Assembly (NCBI GenBank): GCA_002269645.1
Contig: NIVC01000199.1
Location: 434,001-498,000, forward strand
Reading direction: 5' to 3'
DNA: 64,000 bases
From: Macrostomum lignano
Lineage: Eukaryota
The notes under the pieces: generated by a model
Databases searched by the model: none
What the model was told of the DNA's origin: nothing
What the model saw: the letters and a program-made list of their open reading frames with translations, nothing else
Program-made: the position numbers and the translations under genes
In this document: positions 37,401 to 46,766 of the stretch, one piece after another
Numbering within the stretch: the first letter of the stretch is position 1
How the letters are laid out: each line of letters opens with the position of its first letter

Positions 37401-40400
37401 CAGAAGCAGCTCTTGTCGTTCTTAGGCTTCTGTAATTATTACAGAAAATTTGTTCCCAGGTTCTCAGTGATAGCCGCACCGCTGTACAGCCTGGCAAGGG
37501 GGGCGGAGAAGTTTGCCTGGCAAGAAAAGCACCAAAAAGCATTCACTGAGCTGAAGTCAAGCCTCTGCTCACCTCCGGTCCTAGCCTACCCGGACTTTTC
37601 ACCGAATGCCGGGTCATTTATCTTGGACTGCGACAGCTCCCTCGAGGGGGTTGGCGCTGTCTTGTCGCAACAAGGTGCTGATGGTCAGGAAAATGTGATC
37701 AGCTACGCTTCAAAAAAATTTACCGCCGCGCAGCGAAATTATTGTGCCACGATGAGAGAGCTCTTGGGCGTGGTGATCATGCTCGAGAACTTCAGAGTCT
37801 ATTTGCTTGATCATCCCTTCATCGTGCGCACTGACGCGGCAGCGTTGAAGTGGTTGCACGCCAAGAGACATGCCACAGGCATGCTGGCCCAATGGTTGGC
37901 CACGATCGAAGCCTATGATTTCAAAATCGATCAAACACCTCTTGAGCGCCTGGGGGAATACGACTTTGAGGTCAAACACAGGGCTGGACAAGAACATTCA
38001 AATGCCGATTTTCTAAGCCGGAACCCAAAGTTCCGGGCGGATCATTACGACTGCCCAACATGCAGCCAGATACCGGAGTTTAAGGAAAAATTCATTGGAA
38101 ACGCCAAAAGTGCGTCTGTAGTCGTACGGGCGGCCAGAGGGAAAAAGATTCAGACACGCACTGTTGCTATCCAGACGGAGAGCAATGAGAACTGCGATTT
38201 GACGCCCGACCACAAGGAGGCTGAGGCTCAGACCCCACAGCAGCTGGAAGCGCTCTCTGGGAATACTGATCAAAAGCAAACGGAAACTGAACTGCCAACG
38301 CCTGCTGAAACGCCGGCAATCCGAGCAGTGGGGCACCCTATTAGATCAGAGGCTGGAAGCAACTCCGAGTCTGATGAAGAGTGGTCAGATCAGCAAGAAG
38401 AAAACTGGGCTAGGCAAGCTCAGGAGTCCTCAATTGACATCATGAGGCTAGTAGAAGCTGTGAAGAATGAGCGAAAGCCAAGTAGCGAAGAGCTTCAGTC
38501 GTGCAGTCGTGAGGTCCGAATATTGTATTCAAATTTTGAGAGACTCACTCTAAATGAGGGCCTGTTATACCTCCAGAAACCGTCCAAAAAGGGTAGGCCT
38601 TCTCGCTCTGTCTTAGTCGTTCCCGAGACGGCGAACGTCGATGAAGTCGTCTTGAATTATCACCAAGCTCTGAATCACAGTGGGGTAACAAAAACCACGA
38701 AAGCACTAAAGAACCGTTTCAAAATCACTGCGTTAACAACCCATGTCACAGGAATAATCTCTGAATGTGAGACTTGTGCTCGAACTAAGAAAAACAAGAA
38801 GAAAAATAAGGAACCGATGCAGCCCACCCTTGCTGGCTATCCAGGCCAAGTGGTGCACGTGGACCATGCAGGCCCATTCTCAGAACAAGATGGCAACAGG
38901 TACCTGCTGGTTCTTATTGACCGCTTCACCAGCTGGGTCGAAATAATTCCGGTACCAGATACAACTGCCGAAACCACCGCTCAAACAATCTTGACCGAAT
39001 GGGTCGTCAGGTACGGGGCGATGGAAGCAATTGTGTCCGACAATGGCACAGCTTTCATCAATCATGTATTGGAGGAGCTGACTAGCCTCCTTGAAATCGG
39101 AAAAGTTCGGATCGTAGCTCGCCGTCCCCAAGCCAACGGCAAGGTTGAAAGGGCGATTCAGACAATAAAGAGCCAGATCCGCGCCGTGTGTCAGGACAGG
39201 GAGTGCAATTGGCCACTGGCGGCCCGCCTCGTTGGCATGTCAGTCAGAGCGTCGGAAGCTGAGTCCACCGGCTTTACGCCAGCGCGCCTATTCCTAGGGC
39301 GCGAGCTCGTATTCCCTCTAGACCTAATATATGGGTCTCCAGTGCAGGACCAGTTTCAGCCTAACAGGTTCGCCCATAAACTATATCACGAGCTTGTGTC
39401 CGTCTCGACCTTGGCCAGACAGATTCGCGGTAAAGCCCAACAGCGCCAGAAGCGCTACTACGATCGGGGCACCCACCATTCGGTATTCAAGGAAGGTGAG
39501 CTTGTATGGGTCTTGAACCCGGACCACAAGGGTCTGGACACGGCGGTGTGGTTGGGGCCGTACAAGATCATTGAAAAGATCTCTGACAGAAACTACCGAC
39601 TTGTCCCAGAGTCAGACACCGGGATGCCGAACCCAAGGCACAATGTTTACAACATCGACAGGCTAAAAAGGTGTGTGAGAAAGCCCGCGTACATCGATTT
39701 GATCGACAAATTCGGACAGGCATCCGCACCGGGAGAGACTCGATCTTCAAATCCGGCTCAGCAGCCCTCGACTGACAGGTCCGTCTCCACAGTCTGCGTT
39801 CAGAGGCGTTCTCTAGATCGAGACTGGGAGGAGTCGGAGGAGGGAAGTTCGATTCCTGCTAGTAGCAGGCGGAACCCGGCATCGGAAGAGCCTCCTGCCC
39901 ACAGTGCTCAAGGGGCCACGTCTGGAACGACCGCTAGTAGGGTTTCAGGGTCGGTAGCGGTGACAGTCGGTGGTGAAAGTCGACGAGAGCTAGGTCAAGA
40001 CACTGAGGAGGTCAAGCAGCAGGTCTCGAGGACCGATTCGAGCCACTCGCGGCCAGAGTCAGATCAGTTGCCAAGCGAGGAACTTGGTGACCTCAAGCTG
40101 GAGCCACAATCAGACAATTCTCCTGCCACTACAGTTACTGAGAGCGTCAGTTCTCAGACGTCTCAATCCGTTGCTGCGAGGCCGCCTATCACCACCAGGT
40201 CTGGTCGAGTTGTGCGCAGGCCGGCAAGGTTCTTGGCGGCTTTTATCGATCGGTGCTCCAGGAAGGGAAGCACTGGGTCGGGGTAGTCCCTGCCCTTTCG
40301 GGGGGTGTAGTCTGCTGCCTGTGATGTGCTCCTCCGGGGTGGCTTCTGTTGCTTTGGGCGGTGCCCTTCCGGTGTGGTTGCTCTTTGTTTTTTTCTGTGT

Positions 40401-43400
40401 TGCTGGCCGTTGTGGTGGGTTGCCGTGGTTATGTTTGGCTGTGTTGTGTGGTGCCTGGTGCCGTGCTGTGCGCTCCTCTGTGTGGCTGGTTATCTGTTGT
40501 TCCGTTGTCTGGTGCGGGTTTCTGCTGGCGGCAGTCGGCCGCTTCATCATCTGCTGGCGGCAGTCGGCCGCTTCATCAACTGCTGGCGGCAGTCGGCCGC
40601 TTCATCATCTGCTGGCGGCAGTCGGCCGCTTCATCAACTGCTGGCGGCAGTCGGCCGCTTCATCATCTGCTGGCGGCAGTCGGCCGCTTCATCATCTGCT
40701 GGCGGCATCCGGCCGCTTCATCATCTGCTGGCGGCATCCGGCCGCTTCATCATCTGCTGGCGGCAGCCGGCCGCTTCATCATCTGCTGGCGGCAGCCGGC
40801 CGCTTCATCATCTGCTGGCGGCATCCGGCCGCTTCATCATCTGCTGGCGGCATCCGGCCGCTTCATCATCTGCTGGCGGCAGCCGGCCGCTTCATCATCT
40901 GCTGGCGGCAGCCGGCCGCTTCATCAACTGCTGGCCGCGCAGTGCAAGTTCTTGGCGCGGTGTTCGAGTCTGAGGCGTCTGCAGCACGGGTCCCGTCGAT
41001 GCTGTCAGTAAATTTTGTCATAATTATCAATATTCAGTTGTTACTACTTATTCGTTATTAGGCTTCCTTGTTCGCGCGAATATCACATTTTACTCCTCTA
41101 TCCAAATGCTAGCTGCGCATGCGTTTAAAAATCAATCAATCCTTGTTGCTGTTTCGTTGGAATGTTCAATTTTACTCCATCGTTCTACTTTGCGAAATTA
41201 TCTTCAATTGTTCAAAAAATTCGATTTTTGCAACGCGGCCCAATCGTACCAAATTCATTTTGAAAAACAATGTTCGAAATCACTACTTGAAGTAGAAAGC
41301 GCTTCGTTTTTTTGTTTTTTTGGGAGAGAGGCGAGTGTGACGTTGGTGGTTCTTTTATTCTCCCAGTTCGTCGATTAATATCTACTAAAAAGTATTTAAT
41401 ATGTACTTTATTTATATCAATTGGTTTCACTTTTATGTTTATTGAAACTAGTAAGCAATGCTTTGTTTTACTGCATTAAATAGTTATATTTAACATTTTG
41501 AATTCTGTGGCTTCGGAGAAGACTGAGCGTGGTGTGCGGCTGCTGTTCCTATCGCCAGTCATTTGATTTTAGTAAACACTGATTGATTTTAGTAAACACT
41601 GAAAAAAACAGTAGTTCAAGATCGCTCTCAATTTAGTAGTGTTACCCACTAAGGTCATCTTCGAAGCCATTCCATTGACACTGCAATTGTTCGTTACCAG
41701 TTAGCATCAGCAATAACCACTACATGTGTAACCTGCAAATATACATAATCCGTAATCGAATTATCGGCGCCGTCAGTTATCGTCACCACTAACTGTGTGT
41801 TTACTCACTACTTTAATAGCAGCCCGTCAGCACGCGAACTCGGACCAGATATCGTCACAATACATATTACAGACATTTCATTTTTAGTATATTGGAAGAT
41901 TTAGTATATTTAGATTGGACTCTGTCTTTTTTTGAATTTTTTTAGATATCTCGAATCCCGTATCCTATCGTCAAAAATATCGAATCTCAAATATCTCGAA
42001 AATTGAATATCGTCCAACCCCTACTGGATGGTATTTAAGAAACTGATGAGTTCGGCCTGTTTAAGCCTATAGCTTCGGGCCTCAGAATTAAGAAATGAAT
42101 CACTTAGAACTCTGGCCTCTCACTCCTGTCAGATGGTCAGCCCCATGGTAGCTAGATTGTGGGCGAGCAGCAAGGTCCTATAGCTAAGAGAAGACATCGA
42201 GAGACAAGCAGGGAGAATTTGAAAGGTAGAAATTAGCTAACCCGCGGTCAACTAACTCGCTGCCACCAGTCCGTGCGCCCCGGCTCACCAAACCGGAGCT
42301 ATCGAAATCGGACTTCCGACTAGAGGGGCACTGCACTTACCTGCCATCTAGTGTCTTTTAGCTGTCTATCTCGAAGTCATAGCCGAATAGAAAGGACGCT
42401 GCTGGGACTAAGATCGCATTGGCCATGCAGGGACAGAGAGGACTTCTGCAGGGGGTTCTTGCGCTGGCGAGCCTCTATACACTACTAAATGTACTATTTC
42501 ATTACCAAATTCCCAGAAGTACATGTACAAGTACACGTAACTGCACGCTTTTGGCACTAAATGTGTTAACACGCCGACAGATAGCGATGATGTAGATGCA
42601 TTGTCACTTTCGGAGATCTTTAGACTAATATTTAACTTACTTTAGCCGCTTAACTGCCTGTTAACGCGCCAAAGCGCCAGTCTGACACTTAATTCGCATG
42701 CTTAACATAATGATTTCTTAGATCGACTGATTGACTGGGAACTGTGCCGCTTCCGGTCCACCGTGACCTCTGCCTCTAGATTTAGCCACTCATCTCAGCT
42801 GGCATTGCGAAAAAGAAAGAAAACGCTAAGTCTTTAACTTCCAGATTTAACTTTCTCACTTAATCCACAATCCTAAACACTTTAGATTGAGTTAGAGCGA
42901 ATGGCTACTTTTAATATTAACTGACACTTCTGCCTCGCGATTGGCACACAAAAACAAGTAAGCAAAAGTGCAAATCCTATCAGACTACCTAGGAAGGGGT
43001 CAGACAAAGGATGCACCCAGTTAAGCAGGTCAAGAAAGCCTCTCACCAAACCAATCAGAGGACCTATCTGCCGGTGGCCAAGGAATCCACAGAGATCGAA
43101 GCGTTCAGATTGGATGCTGTTGCCGGTCTTGACTGACGATTGCCGCCGCTGCTCTTCGCTTGCCGAAAGTCGTTGCTGCTCTTAGATCACTGCCGGGAGA
43201 TATTGATGATGCTTCTCAGGGGGACCTTAGCTGTTAAAGCCGAAACTGCCGGGAAAGGGGATCAGGCAGGACCAGAAGAGGACGTCCCGCAGCAGGGCAA
43301 ACTCCACTCCTCCAACAGCGCTAAAAGCGGAAAAACACCGGCCTTTTTGAGCGCGGGTCGAGTTGCCGCCTTTTATAGCTCTCACGCGGCCGATTTGTTA

Positions 43401-45498
43401 TAACGCACGCCGAATTTTCCGATTGGCTGAGAGCTTTTGTTAAAATAATGTAGGCGCCGAATTTTCTGAATGGCTGAGCCGGAGGCAGTCAGGTCGACTC
43501 TGATTGGCTGGGCTCAAGACCCCAAAACCCACCCCACCAGGTGGCCTTCGGACCCCCGGGGAGTTGACAGGTGCGGTCATAAATCATGAAAAAAACGCAA
43601 TAAAAGCCCCTTGTCTAGACATTCTGGCGCCAAAAGTGACAGCAAAACGCCCATAAATCAAAGGAGAAAGTAACAGAGTGAGTGGGGAGAAAGCTGGAAG
43701 GACCTCTTCGACCCAGACAGGCTGGCGCCAAAAGTGACAGCTAGACGGCCATAAATCACGGGAAACAGTGAGAAATCCACAAATCAGGGGGTCAGAAAAC
43801 ACTTCTCCCAGACTTAGTGTCGCCTGTCTAGACTGTTGGAGGTCAATCCGTCTCAGACCCAGACAGTCTGACCTTCAAAGGTGCGTAAACAATCCAAAAT
43901 TAGGATCTTAAGCGAAGTACATTGAGTTCCTAGGAAAATTAATAGTAAAGGCATAAATTAATATAGAACTTAGACTAGATGAGAGAATGGAGAGAAATCC
44001 CTAAGCTAGCCTACTGACAGTAGAGGAAAAGCGTATCGAAGCAAAATGTGCGGTTCCAAGATTGAAAAAGGTGCGTCCTCATCAAAACCAGCATTTGTTT
44101 AAGGCTTACTAAATTAAATGAAATTTTTGTGCTAAAAAGACGGTAGACTATACACAGAGCAGTACATGTAGCTTTCGACAGAAAACGAACAATTGCAACC
44201 TCTGATATTTGGCTATTTTCAAGAGAGTTGCTCAAGCCTACCGTATTTTTATCAAAAATATTTTATCAAATTTACCATAATATAAACTGGCTCTCCTACT
44301 TGCAGTACGGAGGCGTGTACGCAGACCTGGACTACAGTCTGATTGCCAGTCTGGACGACCACCGTCGCTTCTACGCCGTGGTGACCCGCGAGCCCGAAGC
44401 CCACTCGCTGCAGTATTTCAAATTCCAGTGGCCTCCAAGAATATTGGCCAATCCGGCCTTCCTGATGGCCGCTCCCGGGCACAGCTTCTATCGGCACTGC
44501 ATCAACGAGCTTCGGACGGTGCCCTTCGCCAGGGGCAGCCCGCTTAGCTTTGCCGGCCCATTTGGCCTGACTGCAATACTGGAGCGGTACAATGCCGCAT
44601 TTCCTGTGGCCAACAGTCCACTGGAGACTGTGTACATCCCGCCATCGTACAGCTTCTATCCCTATGAGGGCAACAAGTTAAACACGTCGGACAGCGCCTA
44701 TCTGCCTCTGCGACTGCATTCGCTGAGCAATTCTTGCAAACGAGTCAATCGAACTTGGCCTGAGCGGCTGCAAAAGTGAGAAAGGAATTTATGGCTGTTT
44801 TTGGTATTCGATGAGTTTCTAAACTAGTAGGTTTTAGAATTGGTGCTTGAGTAGATTTTAGAATTGGTGCTTGAGTAGGTTTTAGAGTTGGTGCTTGAGT
44901 AGGTTTTAGATTTGTTTCTGGAGTAGGTTTTATAAAGTTGGTGCTCTTATCTTAAAAAATTTCTGCTTTATATGCAGTCATACAAAGCGCATAGACTTTT
45001 ACGAAAACGTTTTAGCAACTTCAGTTAGATAACTTAATAATAACAATTGATTACACCTGCCATAATGGCCAGATGTGCAGCCGGTAGCTCAGCCGCAGCT
45101 CTTGCTTGAAGGCTGCGTACGGCTGTTCAGTCCAAGGCCTGGGGGGTCACCACACACCCTCAATTACCCCAGCTAATGCTGGCACCCATTTTACAGCTGG
45201 TGAATTGAAGCAATGCAGAGTTAAGTCTCGCGTACAGGCCTCGCACTAGGCTACAATTAACCCTCACTAGCTTCTGCAAACTATCTTAATGAAGAATCGT
45301 CATCACCCAAGGTACTGCACTGACCCGAATAACATGGACCCAGTCACTGACAAGACGCAACCCGTGATCGCCGTGCACGACCTAAAAAAGATTGGCGCAG
45401 TTTACGGTGGTGTGGGAACAAGCCTCTACTTCCAGAATCTGACGCATCTCAGAAAGGTGTTTGGTTCAAAACTACAGATTGGAGTGGAGTGGATTTGA
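19498..45498 (+). CDS. GT32/DXD glycosyltransferase paralog A (type II membrane), exons 19498-20016, 44306-44775, 45312-45498; 391 aa; intron 1 = 24.3 kb
   Basis: N-terminal TM (YLLLLAIISSLVF), IPPIRHLLW...WRRVHPDWTVVLWRDQDL...DMIRYMLLFK|YGGVYADLDY (DXD) and C-terminal AVHD. Splice phases 0 and 2 close the frame (1176 nt), and the structure is the same as in paralogs B and C. Linking exon 1 to exon 2 across 24 kb is inference. Confidence 0.85.
20723..22815 (-). mobile_element. Non-autonomous Helitron-like element, unit 1 of head-to-tail chain
   Basis: Minus strand starts TCCTATATACTAAAA...GTCTGTCTG...CTGGACCGATTTTG at 22815 and ends in hairpin GCGCCCCGAAGGGGGGC followed by CTAG|T at 20723. 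Confidence 0.75.
21300..22150. repeat. 48-bp (2 x 24) minisatellite inside Helitron unit 1
   Basis: GCAATAAT at 22023 and 22071; 16-aa repeats in the ORF track. Confidence 0.93.
23040..23095. repeat. Interstitial (CCCTAA)n telomere-like tract; degenerate second copy ~23470-23525
   Basis: About 8 CCCTAA units read directly. Confidence 0.9.
23930..25495. repeat. 22-23-bp minisatellite (TACATGACGCTTCTATGATTTTT) inside Helitron unit 2
   Basis: Period 23 (24301 vs 24324). Confidence 0.95.
26255..26665. repeat. 18-bp minisatellite (CATCCCCCAGATAGCAAG) in unit 3; sister arrays at ~30415-30815 (unit 4) and degenerate ~20990-21270 (unit 1)
   Basis: Period 18 (26281 vs 26299). Confidence 0.95.
26755..29690. 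repeat. 23-bp minisatellite (GACATGGTGGCTCTTTAATGTTT) in unit 3; sister array ~30920-32450 in unit 4
   Basis: Period 23 (26787, 26810, 26833). Confidence 0.95.
33024..33547 (+). repeat. 5' LTR (524 bp)
   Basis: TGTGACG...CGTCACA; no difference from the 3' LTR seen by eye. Confidence 0.97.
33554..33570 (+). promoter_or_regulatory. Primer-binding site complementary to the 3' end of tRNA-Gln
   Basis: TGGAGGTCCCACCGAGA is the reverse complement of TCTCGGTGGGACCT-CCA, the 3' end of metazoan tRNA-Gln (recalled, not searched); 6 nt after the LTR. Confidence 0.85.
34318..36588 (+). CDS. Gag-protease polyprotein: capsid-like region, CCHC knuckle (35392-35433), cold-shock domain (35506-35715), aspartic protease (DSG at 35827), dUTPase-like fold region (~36196-36429)
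   Basis: CYRCGLTDHLVADC; ETGVITQWFQSHGFIRS...LFVHVSQL; LDSGANASVMG...LLGLDFL. Confidence 0.92.
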   Translation: MSNNEDGVVANVAGLEDGGSVNNDAGGANAQESENGASAAGGANAHESENGASAAVGSAEAALLPATMQNFLESFSQVLANSLNRASNPTAPSTSPRASEGSGNVRLRPPQPYMPKMRFDLWQTQFRTYVEAHKIPKEQQSAILLSLLSPECQEYCFHNQLHKQDAEVALKALDLRYTDVSEKDKSYLELASAQQHDAEDVQEYFDRLIRLSHAANLSLKESEPLVRARFCHGLLDRSLAEKLLLASREDPSLTSVDLAKKAREITGVRQLLKPGQSALAKVRSVGPDKTAELEARVKELEKLLVEQSNQTSVRAFQNEVPVVSGVGNPKQTRFAQSAPPHQLAYGKGAQFSSRPPRACYRCGLTDHLVADCPHPPPLNHRGRSGREPGKQRAELVETGVITQWFQSHGFIRSALMGDNLFVHVSQLDQELRGRAAPHKIVGLRVRFRRVADSAKPSDRALDVCELASPPNCEQSAAQDTEFQTDSSYFVQLDVGESRIIACLDSGANASVMGVRVKDQLVEADPINNVFKPSTQRRAATAFNGTSTEILGTLRCEVSLGKLTRTQVFLVMETRLSDVLLGLDFLKSFRVNLLIADGKATVDGEAIPIIEGDSSLYRVRRVTSACDLEMAPRSEAIVPSRVAEAVPGAQGVLGPRLFRGDGECLVARSLDSVSTGRHVLVRLLNSEDQTISIKRGQEVASFQDVGADEVVTHTRLHERDFSINNAERLGKQLEKLPYPDKATAEWLKGSFAWENQI
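36549..40286 (+). CDS. Pol (RT, RNase H, integrase) in the -1 frame relative to gag-PR
   Basis: WSSPIVLVRKKDGSQRLCVDYR, YLDD at 37176, FILDCDSS (RH), H-H...C-C zinc finger, DHAGP/SDNG/PQANGKVER (DDE), WLGPYKI (GPY/F). No ATG start. Confidence 0.95.
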   Translation: MAQREFRLGKSNLTTQQLTTTIKLLNFFHNQISKSDTDLGKTSLTEMSIELKDQTCRPVFQPSRRTTPAQKEFLDKHISKLLDCGVIEECDSEWSSPIVLVRKKDGSQRLCVDYRQTNKVIKPCSFPLPLVDESFDSLSGAQVFSSLDLTSAYWQVGIREQDRDLTAFSCPQGTFRWKVVPFGIKTAPATFARLMHRVFQPLLLKVSLIYLDDVIVKARDNDQMIVNLALVLWRLQKANLKIKPSKCELFKDKVRFLGFVVSGQGIEADPEKTDAVRDWPTPSNQKQLLSFLGFCNYYRKFVPRFSVIAAPLYSLARGAEKFAWQEKHQKAFTELKSSLCSPPVLAYPDFSPNAGSFILDCDSSLEGVGAVLSQQGADGQENVISYASKKFTAAQRNYCATMRELLGVVIMLENFRVYLLDHPFIVRTDAAALKWLHAKRHATGMLAQWLATIEAYDFKIDQTPLERLGEYDFEVKHRAGQEHSNADFLSRNPKFRADHYDCPTCSQIPEFKEKFIGNAKSASVVVRAARGKKIQTRTVAIQTESNENCDLTPDHKEAEAQTPQQLEALSGNTDQKQTETELPTPAETPAIRAVGHPIRSEAGSNSESDEEWSDQQEENWARQAQESSIDIMRLVEAVKNERKPSSEELQSCSREVRILYSNFERLTLNEGLLYLQKPSKKGRPSRSVLVVPETANVDEVVLNYHQALNHSGVTKTTKALKNRFKITALTTHVTGIISECETCARTKKNKKKNKEPMQPTLAGYPGQVVHVDHAGPFSEQDGNRYLLVLIDRFTSWVEIIPVPDTTAETTAQTILTEWVVRYGAMEAIVSDNGTAFINHVLEELTSLLEIGKVRIVARRPQANGKVERAIQTIKSQIRAVCQDRECNWPLAARLVGMSVRASEAESTGFTPARLFLGRELVFPLDLIYGSPVQDQFQPNRFAHKLYHELVSVSTLARQIRGKAQQRQKRYYDRGTHHSVFKEGELVWVLNPDHKGLDTAVWLGPYKIIEKISDRNYRLVPESDTGMPNPRHNVYNIDRLKRCVRKPAYIDLIDKFGQASAPGETRSSNPAQQPSTDRSVSTVCVQRRSLDRDWEESEEGSSIPASSRRNPASEEPPAHSAQGATSGTTASRVSGSVAVTVGGESRRELGQDTEEVKQQVSRTDSSHSRPESDQLPSEELGDLKLEPQSDNSPATTVTESVSSQTSQSVAARPPITTRSGRVVRRPARFLAAFIDRCSRKGSTGSG
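40522..40937. repeat. 29-bp GC-rich minisatellite (CTGCTGGCGGCAGTCGGCCGCTTCATCAT), ~14 copies, in the retrotransposon 3' UTR
   Basis: Period 29 (40522 vs 40551). Confidence 0.95.
41321..41335 (+). promoter_or_regulatory. Polypurine tract
   Basis: TGGGAGAGAGGCGAG immediately before the 3' LTR. Confidence 0.85.
41336..41859 (+). repeat. 3' LTR (524 bp)
   Basis: Matches 33024-33547. Confidence 0.97.
43368..43735 (-). promoter_or_regulatory. Orphan Pol II promoter-like cluster: TATA box, 2-3 CCAAT boxes, E2F-type sites
   Basis: Minus strand GCTATAAAAG (~43370-43379); CAGCCAATC at 43421 and 43503 (variant at 43468); TTTTGGCGCCA at 43625-43635 and 43723-43733. Confidence 0.5.
45036..45226 (-). 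mobile_element. 5'-truncated SINE copy in GT-A intron 2
   Basis: Same 3' body and ATT-rich tail as 58625-58927. Confidence 0.85.
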
Positions 45499-45924
45499 TC
45501 GCTTCAACAAGATTTGAACTACTTGGCAGATGCTAATGAACAGGAAGGCGCTGTGAAAGTGAAAAGTAACTAATTTGACACCAGCCCAGATCGAAGCAAT
45601 ATGCATATGTTTCAGTTTTGCAATATACTCTCTACCCTCACCTGTAATTATAAAGCAATATAAGCATGCCAGTGTGAGCTTTTGTGCAAAACTGGGCACC
45701 TGAAGTTTTTATACATTAAACATTTTATCTGTTTTTTTTATAGAAAAACTACACACTAGACTGTGGAGGCTAATAATACTACGTAATAGTACGTAATAAA
45801 ATTAATGATAATATTTTAACACATAACTGCTGCGGGCCCCTTGAAAAATCAGCTTGAACTTGTAGTGGACATCGTCCTAGCTCTTACAGCCATTTCCAGC
45901 AATTCTGTCCATTCCACTGACTCC

Positions 45925-46328
<404 letters not shown>

Positions 46329-46766
46329 TTGTCGAACTTTTTTTCAGTCTCACTAAGCAGTATTTCCTTGGTTTCTTTCAGTGAGGTGGATCTGGATGTA
46401 GCTTTAACATTGCCTGGGCTTAGGAATCTGTAAAAACGCAAGTAGGATTTTGGGAGAAAAAGCAAATCTCCTCTCTGTCTAGTCTAGGATTGAGTTTTAT
46501 TGGCTGCTGCAACTCCACGGCAGACGTGGAACCCGATTTCCCTCACGGCTTGAATGTACGCGCATAGCCCGACGATCCCGCCAACCAACTGGGGAAGCAA
46601 AGGGGAGGCAGCCAGTGCATGATTTTTTAGCCTATGGCGCTATAGATATACGCTTGTATATACTCAGCTCAAGTTGAAAACTAAGCAATCATTCTCATGC
46701 TAAAATTCAAACATTCAAGTCGAAATTTTTCTTAATAGCAAGCGTTCTGTCTACAGACGATGCACA

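Larger units (their letters stand above)
33024..41859 (+). mobile_element. Full-length Ty3/Gypsy LTR retrotransposon (8836 bp), 4-bp TSD ATAC
   Basis: TG...CA LTRs 33024-33547 and 41336-41859; ATAC at 33020-33023 and 41860-41863; PBS, PPT, and gag-PR / RT-RH-IN domain order. Confidence 0.97.
30266..41896 (-). mobile_element. Non-autonomous Helitron-like element, unit 4, interrupted near its 5' end by the LTR retrotransposon
   Basis: 3' end CAAG (CTAG variant) with the same hairpin as unit 3 at 30266. The head runs to 33023 and resumes after the TSD at 41864 (atattacagacatttcatttttagtatattgga), matching 30235-30265. Confidence 0.75.

Noticed and set aside
40170-40250. Integrase C-terminal TTRSGRVVRRPARF motif / chromodomain
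   Set aside because: The basic motif is common at the end of Gypsy/BEL integrases; no chromodomain is recognisable.
40084-41061. 325-aa Cys/hydrophobic ORF after pol as a possible env
   Set aside because: Overlaps the pol tail, mostly derives from the 29-bp repeat cycling through frames, and lacks a signal peptide, furin site and TM layout.
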